This document shows, in pieces, positions 23,798 through 36,664 of a DNA stretch of 64,000 nt. Every line of letters starts with the position of its first letter. Position 1 is the first letter of the stretch. Below the pieces are notes generated by a model. That model was not told the DNA's origin, did not search any database, and saw nothing but the letters and a program-made list of their open reading frames with translations. The DNA is from Mobula hypostoma (taxonomy: Eukaryota), in contig NC_086098.1 of NCBI RefSeq assembly GCF_963921235.1, positions 8,184,001 to 8,248,000 of the forward strand. The letters run 5' to 3'. A program made the translations under genes and the position numbers.

Positions 23798-23894
23798 AAA
23801 CACTTCTCAATGTCAAAATACTTTGTGTTTTGACAGGAAAAGCAATATTTAACAAAAGCAAGATTTAGTGATGTTGGTTCATTCTTATTTCAGT

Positions 23895-24110
23895 TGGACT
23901 TTCAGCAGGGTAACGGGGCCATCCAGCCCAGTTAGCCCATGCTGCCCAGTTACACCCATGTGACCAACTAACCTAACAACCTGGAGCACCTGGGGGAAAC
24001 CCACAGATTCATGGGGAGAACATACCAACTCCTTATATCAGCAGCAAAATTGAACTCGGGTTTCTGGCACTCTGCTAGTCCTACGCTAATCTCTATGCTA
24101 CCAGGTTGTC
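23895..24110 (-). mobile_element. V-SINE/HE1-like SINE (degenerate)
   Basis: ccggagcac-type core (ctggagcacctgggggaaacccacag...ggggagaacatac). Confidence 0.6.
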
Positions 24111-24631
24111 CCCAAAACTGGCTTATTCAATACATTGAGAATCATTGTGCAAGATGAAAATATTCCTAATTGAAGCTATTTTTGAAATACAAGAACTAAC
24201 TTCTCTGCTATCAGCCTTTGTTCATAACCTTAATGAATATTTTTCACCGTTAAGGGCAACGCATTAGCTTCAGAAATGATAATATGCTCAGTTTCTGCAG
24301 ACACTCAAATTGTCTGTCACACGCAATCTGCCCTTATCTTAATTGAAATAATAATGTGATTAAATATAAATTATTTATCATATCAATTAATATCTACATG
24401 CACATTTTGCAATGATAATTATTTATAGTATAGCAGAAAAAACTAAGCATATAAAATTGATGCTATGAAATTTAGCTTTGTAAAGAATAAGAGAATTAGT
24501 TTACCTTTGTAGCTTTTTCCTAATGAAAAGATAGCATTATAGAATACGTTATATCATGAATCTAAATTTATAACTTAGATTGTTGTTGCACTTGTTAGAT
24601 TGCACTTGTTGACCTCTTAAAGAGCAGTGAG

Positions 24632-25095
24632 TCATAGAGTCATAGAAAATTGCAGCACAGAAACAGGCTCTTCAGCCCATCTAGTCTGTGCCAAAACTAC
24701 TTAAACTGCTTAGTCCCATTGACCTGTACCAGGACCAGAGCCATACATACCTCTACTATCCATGTACTTATCCAAACATGTCTTAAACATTGAAATCGAG
24801 CTCACATGCCCTACTGCGCTAACAGATTCAACACTCTCATGACCCTTTGAGTGAAGAAGTTTCCCCTCATGTTCCCCTTAAACAATTCACCTTTCACCTT
24901 GAAACCATGACCTCTGGTTGTTGTCCCACACAACCTCAGAGGAAAAGGCCTGCTTGCATTTACCCTAACTATACCCCTCATAATTTTGTATACCTCTATC
25001 AAATTTCCTCTCAATCTTCTATACTCTGAAGAATACAGTCCTAACCTATTCAATCTTTCCTCAGGTCCTGCAGTCCTAGTAACACCTTGTACATC
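24632..25095 (-). mobile_element. 5'-truncated CR1 3' end
   Basis: LGLYSSEYRRLRGNLIEVYKIM...TRGHGFK; (catagagt) tail. Confidence 0.9.
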
Positions 25096-28000
25096 TGCAA
25101 TGCAGATATTAAAACCTAGTTGACATTAGATTTAATTCCACATCACATACATGTAGTCATACTACAGAATTGTGTTAACATTATATTCCGGAACTTTAAT
25201 TTTATTTGAACAATCAGAAAAGGAATATCCACAAATACTTTGGAAATTAGAAATGGAACTTTAAAACAATTGGGGAAAAGCTCCCTAAGCATAGTACTGG
25301 GGTTCCCAACTGGTGCCTATCAACCCTTTGAGTAATGGTATTGATCCATGGTATACCGAGAAAATATTATAATTTTACAATAATGTCTTTGACAGCATTA
25401 CCAGAAAAGAAATGTTAGAACTGTCATATTTTTCACACCAGACAGAACACAACAAGCAAGCACAAAAAACAATTTCATCATGGGATTTTAGTAAAGAAAT
25501 TGTAGAGGTAATGTTAGGGCATATTCTGGAGTTAGGGTATATAGTAAATAGTAATTTCAGCAGCAACCAGTCTTCAGGTTTGAATGCACATTGTAGATTA
25601 AGTTTAAAATGCAACTCTGGACAATAGTCTTTCTATCAAGCACGACTATCATGGCAAGACTGTGCAAATGCGTAGGCGTCTGCGAGTTAGACTGGCGGGG
25701 AGGATTTTTTTAAAAAGACAGCTTTATAAAGCAGGTGTCAGAGTAGAGGAAGTCAGCGTAGGAGGGCTTTGGCTCAATGGGGCTAGCCGATATCGGGTTG
25801 AGGCGAGGTAAGTTACTTTTGAGGAATAGGAAGCGTCTGTGAGGCCGGTGTTCTGTACTGAGTGTCTGATGTGGGATGTCCGGGAGACACCAAGCCTCCC
25901 AGATGGCCACGTCTGTGCCAGTGCGTTGAGCTGCAGCTCCTTAGGGACTGGGTTAGGGAACTGGAAATTCAGTTCGATGACCTTCATCTGGTCAGGGAAA
26001 CTGTGGAGGTGATAGAGAGGACCTTTAGGCAAGTAGACATACCAGGGCCTCAGGAAACAGATAAGTGGGTAATGGTCAAGAGAAGGAAGGGCAAGAGTCA
26101 GATACGAGAGAGCACCTGTGTGGCTGTCCACCTTAACAATAAGTACTCCTGATTGAGTACTATTGGGGAAGGACGACCTATCTGGGGGAAGCAACAGTGG
26201 CCACGCCTCTGACACAGAGTCTTGTCCTGTGGCTCAGAATGGTAGGGAAAGGAAGAAGAAGGCAGTAGTGATAGGGGACTCTATCGTTAGGGGGTCAGAC
26301 AGGTGATTCTGTGGATGCAGAAAAGAAACACGAATGGTAGTTTGCCTCCTAGGTGCCAGGGTGTGGGATGCTTCTGATCGTGTCCACGATATCCTGAAGT
26401 GGAAGGAGAACAGCCAGAGGTCGTGGTACACATTCATACCAACGACATAGGTATGAAAAGGGAGGAGGTCCTGAAAACAGATTACGGGGAGTTAGGAAGG
26501 AAGGTGAGAAGCAGGACCTCAAGGGTAGCAATCTCGGGATTACTGCCTGTGCCACACGACAGTGAGTATAGGAATAGAGTGGGGTAGTGGATAATTGCGT
26601 GGCTGAGGGATTGGAGCAGGGGTCAGGGATTCAGAATTCTGGATCATTGGGACCTCTTTTGGGGCAGACGTGACCTGTACAAAAAGGACGGGTTGCACTT
26701 GAATCCCAGGGGGACCAATATCCTGGCAGGGAGGTTTGCTAAGGCTGTTGGGGAGAGTTTAAACTAGGATTCCGAGGGGATGGGAACCAAACTGAAGAGA
26801 CAGAAGAAGGGTTGGTTGGCTCTCAAATAGAGAAAGCTTGTAGATAGTGCGAGAGTGAGGATAGGCAGATGATAGAGAGGGAATGCGCTCGGACCAATGG
26901 TTTGAGATGTGTCTATTTTAATGCAAGGGGTATCATAAACAAAGAGGATGAGCTTAGAGAGGGCACCAGTAGAACATAGAAACATAGAAAACCTACAGCA
27001 CAATACAGGCCCTTTAGCCCACAACACTATGCTAAACATGTCCTTACCTGAGAAATTTCCTAGGATTACCCACAGTCCTCTATTTTTCTAAGCTACATGT
27101 ACCTGGACAGGAGACTCTTAAAAGACCCTATTGTATCCAGCTCCACCACTGTCGTCAGCAGCCCATTCCACACACTCATCACACTCTGCATTAAAAACTT
27201 ACCCCTGACATCTCCTCTGTACCCACTTCCAAGCACCTTAAAACTGTCCCTTCTCATGCTAGCTACTTCAGCCTTTGGAAAAAGCCTCTGACTAACCACA
27301 CGATCAATGTCTCTCATCATCTTATACACCTTTATGAGATCACATCTCATCCTCTATCGCTCCAAGGAAAAAAAGCCAAGTTCACTCAACCTATTCTCAT
27401 TCCGAATGCTCCCCGATCCAGGCAACATCCTTGTAAATCTCCTCTGCACCCTTTCTATGGTTTCCACATCCTTCCTGTAGTAAGGCAACCAGAACTGAGC
27501 ACAGTACTCCAAGTGGGGTCTGACCAGGGTCCTATCTAGCTGTAACATTACCTGTCAGCTCCTAAACTCAATCCCACGATTGATGAAGGCCAATACACTG
27601 TATGCTCTCTTAACCACAATGTCAACCTGCGCAGCAGTTTTGAGTACCCAATGGACACGGACACCAAGATCCCTCTGATCCTCCACACTGCCAAGAGTCT
27701 GACCATTAATACTATATTCTGTCATCATATTTGACCTATCAAAATGAACCACTTCACACTTATCTGGGTTGAACTCCATCTGCCACTTCTCAACCCAGTT
27801 TTGCAACCTGTTAATGTCCCGCTGTAACCTCTGTTAGCCCTCCACACTATCCACAACACCCCCAACATCTGTGGCATCAGCAAATTTACTAACCCATCCC
27901 TCCACTTCCTCATCCAGGTCATTTATAAAAATCACGAAGAGAAGGGGTCCCAGAACAGATCCCCGAGGCACACCACTGGTGACCGACCTCCATGCAGAAT

Positions 28001-28148
28001 ATGACCCTTCTACGACCACTCTTTGCCTTTTGCTGGCAAGCCAGTTCTGGATTCTCAAAGCAATGTCTCCTTTGATCCCATGCCTCCTTACTATCTCAAG
28101 AAGTATTGCATGGGGTACCTTGTCAAATGCCTTACTGAAATCCATATA

Positions 28149-28416
28149 TATTGGCATTCATTAGTCTCGTGAGACAATGGATTTGCGCCTTGGAAGGTTT
28201 CCAGGGTGCAGGCCTAGGCAAGGTCGTATGGAAGACCGGCAGTTGCCCATGCCGCAAGTCTCCCCTCTCCATGCCACCAATGTTGTCCAAGGGAAGGGCA
28301 CTAGGGCCGATACAGCTTGGCACCGGTGTCATCGCAGAGCAATGTGTGGTTAAATGCCTTGCTCAAGAATACAACATGTTGCCTCAGATGAGGTTCAAAC
28401 TAGCAACCTTCAGATC
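28149..28416 (-). mobile_element. tRNA-derived SINE (5'-truncated; same family as 53257-53586)
   Basis: 15-bp direct repeat actgaaatccatata at 28134-28148 and 28417-28431. Confidence 0.85.
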
Positions 28417-28713
28417 ACTGAAATCCATATACTGCTCTACCATCAGCAATAAGTTTAGTCACATCCTCAAAAACTTCAATCAGGCTCATGTTAATAAATC
28501 CTGCCTCTCAGGATCTTCTCCATCAAATTACCAACCACTGAAGTAACACTCACTGGTCTACAATTTCCTGGGCTATCTCTACTCTCTTTTTTGAATAATA
28601 AAACAACATCAGCAATCTTCCAATCCTTCTGAACCTCTCTAGTCCCCATTGATGATGCAAAGATCATTGCCAGAGGCTCAGCAACCTCCTCCTTTGCCTC
28701 CGACAGTAGCCTA

Positions 28714-29350
28714 GGAACGCAGATCCTTGGTCTTGGGAGACAGGAATGCAGAACACAGAGCCTTGGTCTTGAGGGACAGGAACATGGAACACAGAGTCAG
28801 GACCTCTCCTTGGGAACAGGACATAGGGCCGGGACTCATATACAGAACACAGAGAGACAGTTCCCAACACAAGGTAGCAGCAAACGGCTGGACCTACCTA
28901 GCAAAGGCGTGGACACAGATGGTTCACAACACAAGGTAGTGGCAAAGAGCCGGCCCTATCTAGTGAAGGCGACGACACAAAGAGACAGTTCCAAACAATG
29001 AAAGATAGGTCCTTATCTAGACACAGCAAGGCCCTGGTATTGCCCTGGCGGTTGAACCTGACAGCGTTATAGACAAGGACACAGGTGAAGGTAGCAGGTG
29101 AGGACACAGGCGAAGGTAGCAGGTAGGACACAGGTGAAGGTAGCAGGTGAGGCTTCAGAAAGAAGGGGAAGGGGAGGGAACAGTCCAGCAACTGAAGCTG
29201 AACCCAGGAGCTGTTTATGTAGCCAGCCCAAAATGAGAATCATGTGCCTCAATTAAGGCACACACAGGAAAAGGGATACCGGGAAACCTGGAATAAGGAT
29301 CGATGGACCGGACCATGAACTGGAATGCAGACTTCACTGACCGAACCATG
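28714..29350 (-). mobile_element. LTR-like fragment with internal tandem repeats, at a deletion in the CR1
   Basis: Non-CR1 sequence; 3x ~25-bp ggacacaggtgaaggtagcaggtga at 29077-29152 and duplicated ~36-bp units at the left end; no intact TG..CA or TSD. Confidence 0.45.
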
Positions 29351-32300
29351 TACCTTCCTGCTAGCCTTACAATCTTCTATATCTCTACTATTACCTAGCG
29401 TTTTGAACCTTTCGTAAGCTCTTCTTTTCTTCTTGACTGCAGTTACAACAGCCTTTGTGCACCATGGTCCCTGTACCCTACCATCCCTTCCTTGTCTCAT
29501 TGAAACATATCTATGCAGAACTCCACGCCAATATCCCCTGAACATTTGCCACATTTCTTCAATACATTTCCCTGAGAACATCTGTTCCCAATTTATGCTT
29601 CCAAGTTCCTACCTGATAGCCTCATATTTCCCCTTACACCAATTAAATGTTTTCCTAACTTGTCTGTTCCTATCCCTTGCCAATGCTCCGATAAAAGAGA
29701 TAGACTTGTGATCACTATCTCCAAAATGCTCTCCCACTGAGAGATCTGACACATGACCAGGTTCATTTCCCATTACTAGATCAAGTACAGCCTCTCCTCT
29801 TGTAGGCTTATCTACAGATTGTGTCAAGAAACCTTCTTGAACACTTCTAACAAACTTCACGCCATCTAAACCCCTCGCTCAAGGGAAATGCCAATCAATA
29901 TTTGGGAAATTAATATCTCCCACCACAAGAACCCTGTTATTATTACACCTTTCCAGAATCTGTCTCCCTATCTGTTCCTCGATGTCCCTGTTACTATTGG
30001 GTGGTCGAAAAAAAACAGAAAAGTTATTGACCCCTTCCTGTTCCTAACTTCCACCCACAGAGACTCCATAAACAATCCCTTCATGTCTTCATCCTTTTCT
30101 GCAGCCGTGACACTATCTCTGATCAACAGTGCCACGTCCCCACCTCTTTTGCCTCACTCCCTATCCTTTCTGAAACATCTAAAGCCTGGCACTTGAAGTA
30201 ACCATTCCTGCCTCTGAGCCATCCAAGTCTCTGTAATGGCCACAAGATTATAGCTCCAAGTATTGATCCACGCTCTAAGCTCACCCGCTTTGTTCATCAT
30301 GCACCTAATACTCCTTGCATTAAAGTACTTGGAGCTAAGATATTGTGGCCATTACAGAGACTTGGATGGTGCAGGGGCAGGAATGACTACTTAGAGTACC
30401 AGGCTTTAGATGTTTCAGAAAGGACAAGGAGGGAGGAAAAACCGGTGGGTGTGTGTCACTGCTGATCAGAGAAAGTGTCATGGCTGCAGAAAAGGAGGAA
30501 GTCATGGAGGGAGGGATTGTCTACTGAGTCTCTATGGGAGGAAGTTAGGAACAGGAATGAGTCAATAACTCTACTGGGTGTTTTTTATAGACCACCCAAT
30601 AGTAACAGAGACATCAAGGAGCAGACAGGGAGACAGATGTAATAATAACAGGGTTGTCGTGATGGGTGATTTTAACTTCCCCATTATTGATTGGCATCTC
30701 CCCAGAGCAATGGGTTTAGAAGGGTTGGAGTTTGTTAGGTGTGTTCAGCAAGGTTTCCTGACACAATATGTAGATAAGCCTACAAGAGGAGAGGTTATAC
30801 TTGATGTGGTATTGGAAAATGAACCTGGTCAGGTGTCAAGTCTCTCAGTGGGAGAGCATTTAGGAGATAGTGATCACAATTCTATCTCCTTTACCATAGC
30901 ATTGGAGCAGTCAAGTTAGGAAAACATTTAATCAGAGTAAGGGGAAATATGAAGCTATCAGGCAGGAATTTGGAAGCATGAATTGGAAACAGATGTTCAG
31001 AGGGAGATGTACGGCAGAAATGTGGCAAATGTTCAGGGGATATTTGTATGGCGTTCTGCACAGGTACGTTCCAATGAATCAGTGAAATGATGGTCAGGTA
31101 CAGGAACTGTGGTGTACAAAAGCTGTTGAAAATCTAGTCAAGAAGAAAAGAAAAGCTTACCAAAGGTTCAAAAAACTAGATAATGATACAGATCTAGAAA
31201 ATTACAATGCTAGCAGGAAGAAGTTAAAAATAAAATTAGGAGAGCCAGGAGAGGCCATGGTGAGGAAGATTAAGGAAAACCCCAAGGAATTCTACAAGTA
31301 TATGAAGAACAACAGTGAGAGAATAGGACCAACCAAATGTGACAGTAGAAAAGAGTGTATGGAACCGGAAGAGATAGAAGAGGTACTTATTGAGTAGTTT
31401 GCTTCAGTATTCACTACGGAAAAGGATCTTGGCGATGGTATGGATTACTTAGAGTAGACTTAAAAGCTTGAGTGTGTAGATATTAAGGAAGAGGATGTGC
31501 TGGAGCTTTTGGACAGCATCTAGTTGGATGTCAGGGACTGGATGGGATGTACCCCAGGCTACTGTGGGAAGCAAGGGGACAGATTGAGGAGCCTTTGGTG
31601 ATGACCTTTGCATCATCAATGAGGACGGGAGAGGTTCTGAAGGATTTTAGGGTTGCGGATGTTGTTCCTTATTCAAGAAAGGAAGTAGGGATAGCCCAGG
31701 AAATTATAGGCCAGTGAGTCTTACTTCAGTGGCTGGTAAGTTGATGGAGAAGATCCTGAGAGGCAGGATTTATGAACATTTGGAGAGGCATAATATGATT
31801 AGGAATCGTCAGCATGGCTTTGTCAAAGGCAGGTAATGCCTTACAAGCCTGATTGAATTTTTTGAGGATGTGACTAAACACATTGTTCAAGGTAGAGTAA
31901 TAGATGTAGTGTATATGGATTTCAGCAAGACATCTGATAAGGTAGCCCATGCAAGGCTTATTGAGAAAGTAAGGAGGCATGGGATCCAAGGGGACATTGC
32001 TTTGTGGATTCAGAACTGGCTTGCCCACAGAAGGCAAAGAGTGGTTGTAGACAGGTCATATTCTGCATGGAGGTCGGTGACCAGTGGAGTGCCTCAGGGA
32101 TCTGTTCTGGTACCCCTACTCTGTGACTTTTATAAATAACCTGGATGAAGAAGTGGAGGGATGGGTTAGTAAATTTGCTGATGACACAAATATTGAGGGT
32201 GTTGTGGATAGGGTGGAGTGCTGTCAGAGGTTTCAGTGGGACTTTGATAAGATGCAAATCTGGGCTGAGAAGTGGCAGATGGAGTTCAACCCAAGTAAGT

Positions 32301-34189
32301 GGGAGGTGGTTCATTTGGTAGGTCAAATATGATGGCAGGATATCGTATTAATGGTAAGACTCTTGGCTGTGTGGAGGATCAGAGGGATCTTGGGGTTCGA
32401 GTCCATAGAGCACTCAAAGCTGCTGTGCAGGTTGACTCTGTGGTTAAGAAGGCATACGGTGCATTGGCCTTCATCAATCATGGGATTGAGTTTAAGAGCC
32501 AAGAGGTAATGTTACAGCTATATAGGACCCTTGTCAGACCCCACTTGGAGTACCATGCTCAGTTCTGGTCACCTCACTACAGGAAGGATGTGGAAACTAT
32601 AGAAAGGGTGCACAGGAGATTTACAAGGATGTGGCCTGGATTAAGGAGCAGGCCTTACGAGAATAGGTTGAGTGAACTTGGCCTTTTCTCCTTGGAGCGA
32701 TAGAGGATGAGAGGTGACCTGATAGAGGTGCACAAATTGATGAGATGCACTGATCGTGTTGATAGTCAGAGGCTTTTTCTCAGGGGTGAAATGGCTAACA
32801 CAAAAGGGCACAGTTTTAAGGTGCTTGGAAGTAGGTACAGAGGAGGTGTCAAGGGTAAGTTTTTTAAGCAGAGAGTGGTGAGTGCTTGGAATGGGCTGCC
32901 AGAGACTGTGGTGGAAGCGGATAGGATAGGGTTTTTTAAGAGACTGCTGGTTAGGTACATTGAGCTTAGAAGAATAGAGGGCTATGGGTAACCCTAGGTA
33001 ATTTCTAAAGTAAGTACATGTTCGGCACAGCTTTGTGGGCCAAATGGCCCGTATTGTGCTGTAGGTTTTCGATGTTTCTATGTTTCTATGTTCCCTGGAG
33101 CTTCAGATTGGGGTTGATTACAAACCAAAACACCCATTCACTTGGTGCCTACATTTGCATGAATTCAAAGAGAGAGAGAGACGATGCTGATTAACATTCA
33201 TTTTGGGTGTCTCAGGTGTTTGTGCGAAGATGGAGGAGTTTGAAAGTCATACATAATTCAGAGAGGCATTGTAAATACATGTTCCTATACAATTGTTCTA
33301 TTTACTTTTGATCTTTAGGATATAAAAATGTCATGTGACAGTGGGTCAGGAAGGCCTCTACTTCCAAGAATGTCTCCAATGTGATGCCTGTTTTCTCATT
33401 TTGCTGGAATAATGGTTTCTACCTTCACCAACTTCACTGTCAGTCTGGTGATTTTGTTCACAGTAACAACAGTAACAAATTAATATTAAAGGCATAACCA
33501 GGGACCTAGTTTATAGATTAACTCTTCTAAAATGCCTCTACCTCAATCTCTACTTAAAATGCTTCCTTTTGAAAGTTGGAACAGTTAAAAGAAAAACATT
33601 CTTTGCTTTTACAACCATGATTAGGAAAACCCCCTTGTGTGAACCAGTTTCAGTTTATGCTTCATGTTTGAAGTGGGAATTTTGCCGTTGGTATTTCCTT
33701 TAATCCCACTGCATTATTTGTCTCGCATTAGTATAGGGAAGGTCAAAAATCTACACTGTCAGGATGTAGGCCGCATAATGCAAAGCTCAATTACAGAAAT
33801 CGTGTCTCCTTAAGCAAAGAGTGTCTCAAAAAATCTAGATATTCTATTTTTAAAGTTTATTGTGAGAATAGGAATGTGCAGTGATCCAGATATGACAATG
33901 ACATTTCTGGAAAGACATTTCAGGAAGGAACAGAAGCACACAGATATGCACTAGACACTTTGAAGAATTCAGAAAGTCATCTATATGCAGATTGAAAGAG
34001 TGAAAGGTTTGACTTTCATGAGTACACGCCATCTCCCAACTTTTCAAGATATGAGCAGATTTCAGAACCTTTCTATTTATTTTGTTGCAATATGCATATA
34101 TACGAGCCTATGCACCTACAGTAGGAGTTCTAAAGAAGGATCTTGGCTGGAATCTTTGACTGTTTACAGAAAACGTAGCGTAGAATATT

Positions 34190-34649
34190 ACAGCGCATGA
34201 TCTTTGGCCCAAAATTTTGTGCTAACTTTTTAATCTACCCTGCCTCTATCAGCACCTCTGGCAGGGCATTCCACACACTCACCACTCTCTGTGTGAGTAG
34301 ACTACCTCTGACATCCACCCCCCGCCACCTCCTTTATACTTTCCTCCGATCACCTTGAAATTATGTTGCTTCATATTAGCCCTGGGAAGAAGTCTCTGAC
34401 TGTCCACTCTATCTATTGCTCATATGATCTAATACTCCTCTATCAAGTCATCTCTCATCATCCTTTACTCCAAGGAGAAAAACCCTCACTCACTCAACCT
34501 ATCCTCATTAGGCATGCTCTCTAATCCAGGCAGCATCCTGGTAAATCTCGTCTGTACTCTCGCTAAATCTTCCACATCCTTCCTATAATGAGGTGACCAG
34601 AACTGAACACCATCTTTCAAGTCTGACCAAAGTATTAAAAAGCTGAAGT

Positions 34650-34650
<1 letters not shown>
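34190..34650 (-). mobile_element. Decayed CR1 3' fragment
   Basis: [29 protein letters not shown]. Confidence 0.85.

Positions 34651-34651
<1 letters not shown>

Positions 34652-34707
<56 letters not shown>
34652..34707. repeat. (TG)n microsatellite
   Basis: Perfect dinucleotide run. Confidence 0.99.
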
Positions 34708-34708
<1 letters not shown>

Positions 34709-34767
34709 CTCAATATTTCTAGCAACTTTCGGACTCTTCTGTTTACAGTGGGGTCTACTTTATAATA

Positions 34768-35720
34768 ATCAGAATCAGGTTTATTATCACCAGCATGTTA
34801 CGTGAAATTTGTTAACTTAGTAGCAGCAGTTCAATGCAATACATAATCTAGAAGGAAAAAAATAAAATAGTAATAATAAACAAACAAACAAATAAATAAA
34901 TAAATAAATCTTATTCAGTATATTTAAACAGTTGTTGTTGTTCGTCCATCGTTGACGTCGAAGAGGACCTCGACACCATAATGATGGTGTCGAGACTAGC
35001 GCGTGATTTGGATTTAAGTGAGGGAGAGTTGCGCAGTGTCAGCCTCACTCTCTCTTCCCAATTCCCATCTGGGTCCAATGGCAAGACAGAGTCTAGACGG
35101 CTGGAGATGGGACTAGGCGCAGTGGATGACCAGGGGTATATGGGGTGTCAGGGAGGGGTAGCACCTCTGGTGGGGGAACATGTCACGTCCTTTTCAGGGC
35201 AGTTAGTCCACCTTTGGTCCCCACCTGGCACTCAGCTCTCCCTGTGGCTCCCCGTAGCTGTTTGCATGCGACAGCGGCCACACCCCGGGCAACGGCTTCG
35301 ACAAGCCGGCTAAACCAGGTGAGGGTAGCCGACAGGTCTGAAACCCTCGGTGTGATAGGGAGTTGTCTATCCCAGCATGTGAAGACAGACTCCGGCGGAT
35401 TGAGCGGACGAGACCAGCGGAAGGTCCAACGGTCAAGAAGGCGGTCTCTGCAAGCGTCATGGAACTTTAAACAGTATATGCATGCTGAATAGATCAAAAA
35501 TCGTGCAAATAACAGAAATACTATATATTTTCTAAAAAGTGAGGTAATGTCCTAGGTCTCAATGTCCATTTAGGAATCGGATGGCAGAGGGGAAGAAGCT
35601 GTTCCTGAATCGCTGAGTGTGTGTCTATAGGCTTCTGTACCTCCTACCTGATGGCAACAGTGAGAAAAGGGCATGCCTTGGGTGCTGGAGGTCTTTCATA
35701 ATGGACGCTGCCTTTCTGAG
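34768..35720 (-). mobile_element. Rex1/Babar-like 3' fragment, split by 34933-35465
   Basis: atcagaatcaggtttatt tail; gggaagaagctgttcctgaatc...cttctgtacctcctacctgatgg. Confidence 0.7.
34933..35465 (-). mobile_element. RTE-type non-autonomous retroposon
   Basis: 10-bp TSD tttaaacagt at 34923-34932 and 35466-35475; (CAA)n tail; CpG-rich, so apparently young. Confidence 0.75.
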
Positions 35721-35789
35721 ACAATGGACGCTGCCTTTCTGTGACAATAATGACCTCTATGTAGTTCACTTAAGAACTTGTTCATTATG

Positions 35790-36135
35790 TGATGTGTTAT
35801 ATGACCTGGGACATAATCGTTCCATGACCATGATTGTTCTTGGCAAATTTTCCTACAGAAGTGGTTTGCCATTTTTTTCTTCCGGGCAGTGTCTTTGTCT
35901 TTGCGCGATGGGTGACCCAAGCCAATATCAATACTCTTCAGAGATTGTCTGCCTGGCTTTGGTGGTGGCATAACCAGGACTTGTGATATGCACCAGCTGC
36001 TCATACGAGTTTCACATGACCCTGATTTTGTGGGGGGGGGGGGGGAGGTAGGGCCGGTTACTAAGCAGGTGCTACACCTTGCCCAAGGGTGACCTGCAGG
36101 TTAATAGAGGGGAGGAGCTCCTTACACCTCCACCT
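35790..36135 (-). mobile_element. RTE-type SINE
   Basis: ttcttggcaaattttcctacagaagtggtttgccatt motif, related to 19440-19480. Confidence 0.5.
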
Positions 36136-36664
36136 CACAACCCAATTTTGAGGCTAGAAATATTAGCTACTAGAGGGCATGTGTTTAAGGTGAAGGTGTG
36201 AAGGTTTAAAGGAAGTATACAAGGCAAGCTTTTAACACAGAGTGGTAGCCACCTGGAACACACTACCAGAGGTGGTGCTGAAACACATACAAAATCAATA
36301 CTTCCAAAGCATTTGCACTGGCATACGAATAGGCAATTCATGGAGAGATGTAGGCCATGTGCACAGACACGATGGGAGGAATGATCTTTTCCTGTACGGT
36401 ATTATTCTGTGTTCTGTCATCTCTGTAATGAATGGATAAATTGTGTAGTTCACAGTTCAAGGTAACTTTGTTTTCAAAATGTGTATATGTCAACATATCC
36501 TACCTTGAGATTCTGTTGCAGGAAATCGCAATAGAACAAAGAAATACTTTACAACAGAATCAATGAAAAACTACACACGAACAAAGATTGACAAAGAATG
36601 AATGTCCAAATACAAAAAAAAATTAAATGAATAATACTGAGAACTTGTGTTGTAGAGAAGATGA

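Larger units (their letters stand above)
26972..30323 (-). mobile_element. CR1 of the same family inserted antisense into the host CR1
   Basis: Tail at 26972, RT at 27093-28157, EN at 29600-30323; 4-bp TSD agta at 26968-26971 and 30324-30327. Confidence 0.9.
25665..33092 (+). mobile_element. Full-length decayed CR1 (5'UTR, ORF1 Zn-finger/coiled-coil/SGNH esterase, ORF2 EN-RT), split by 26972-30323
   Basis: CTEC...C..C zinc finger near 25855; IGDS, HTND, DGLHLN; EN continues across the insertion (cttagaga..agta|cttggagc); KFADD near 32170; (tttctatg) tail near 33066-33092. Confidence 0.92.

Noticed and set aside
33153..33400. Immunoglobulin V gene (octamer followed by DIKMSC-like peptide)
   Set aside because: The frame stops after ~21 codons; no conserved Trp, YYC motif or RSS.
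35701..35746. 23-bp tandem duplication atggacgctgcctttctg(a/t)gaca
   Set aside because: Local slippage at a TE junction with no further structure.
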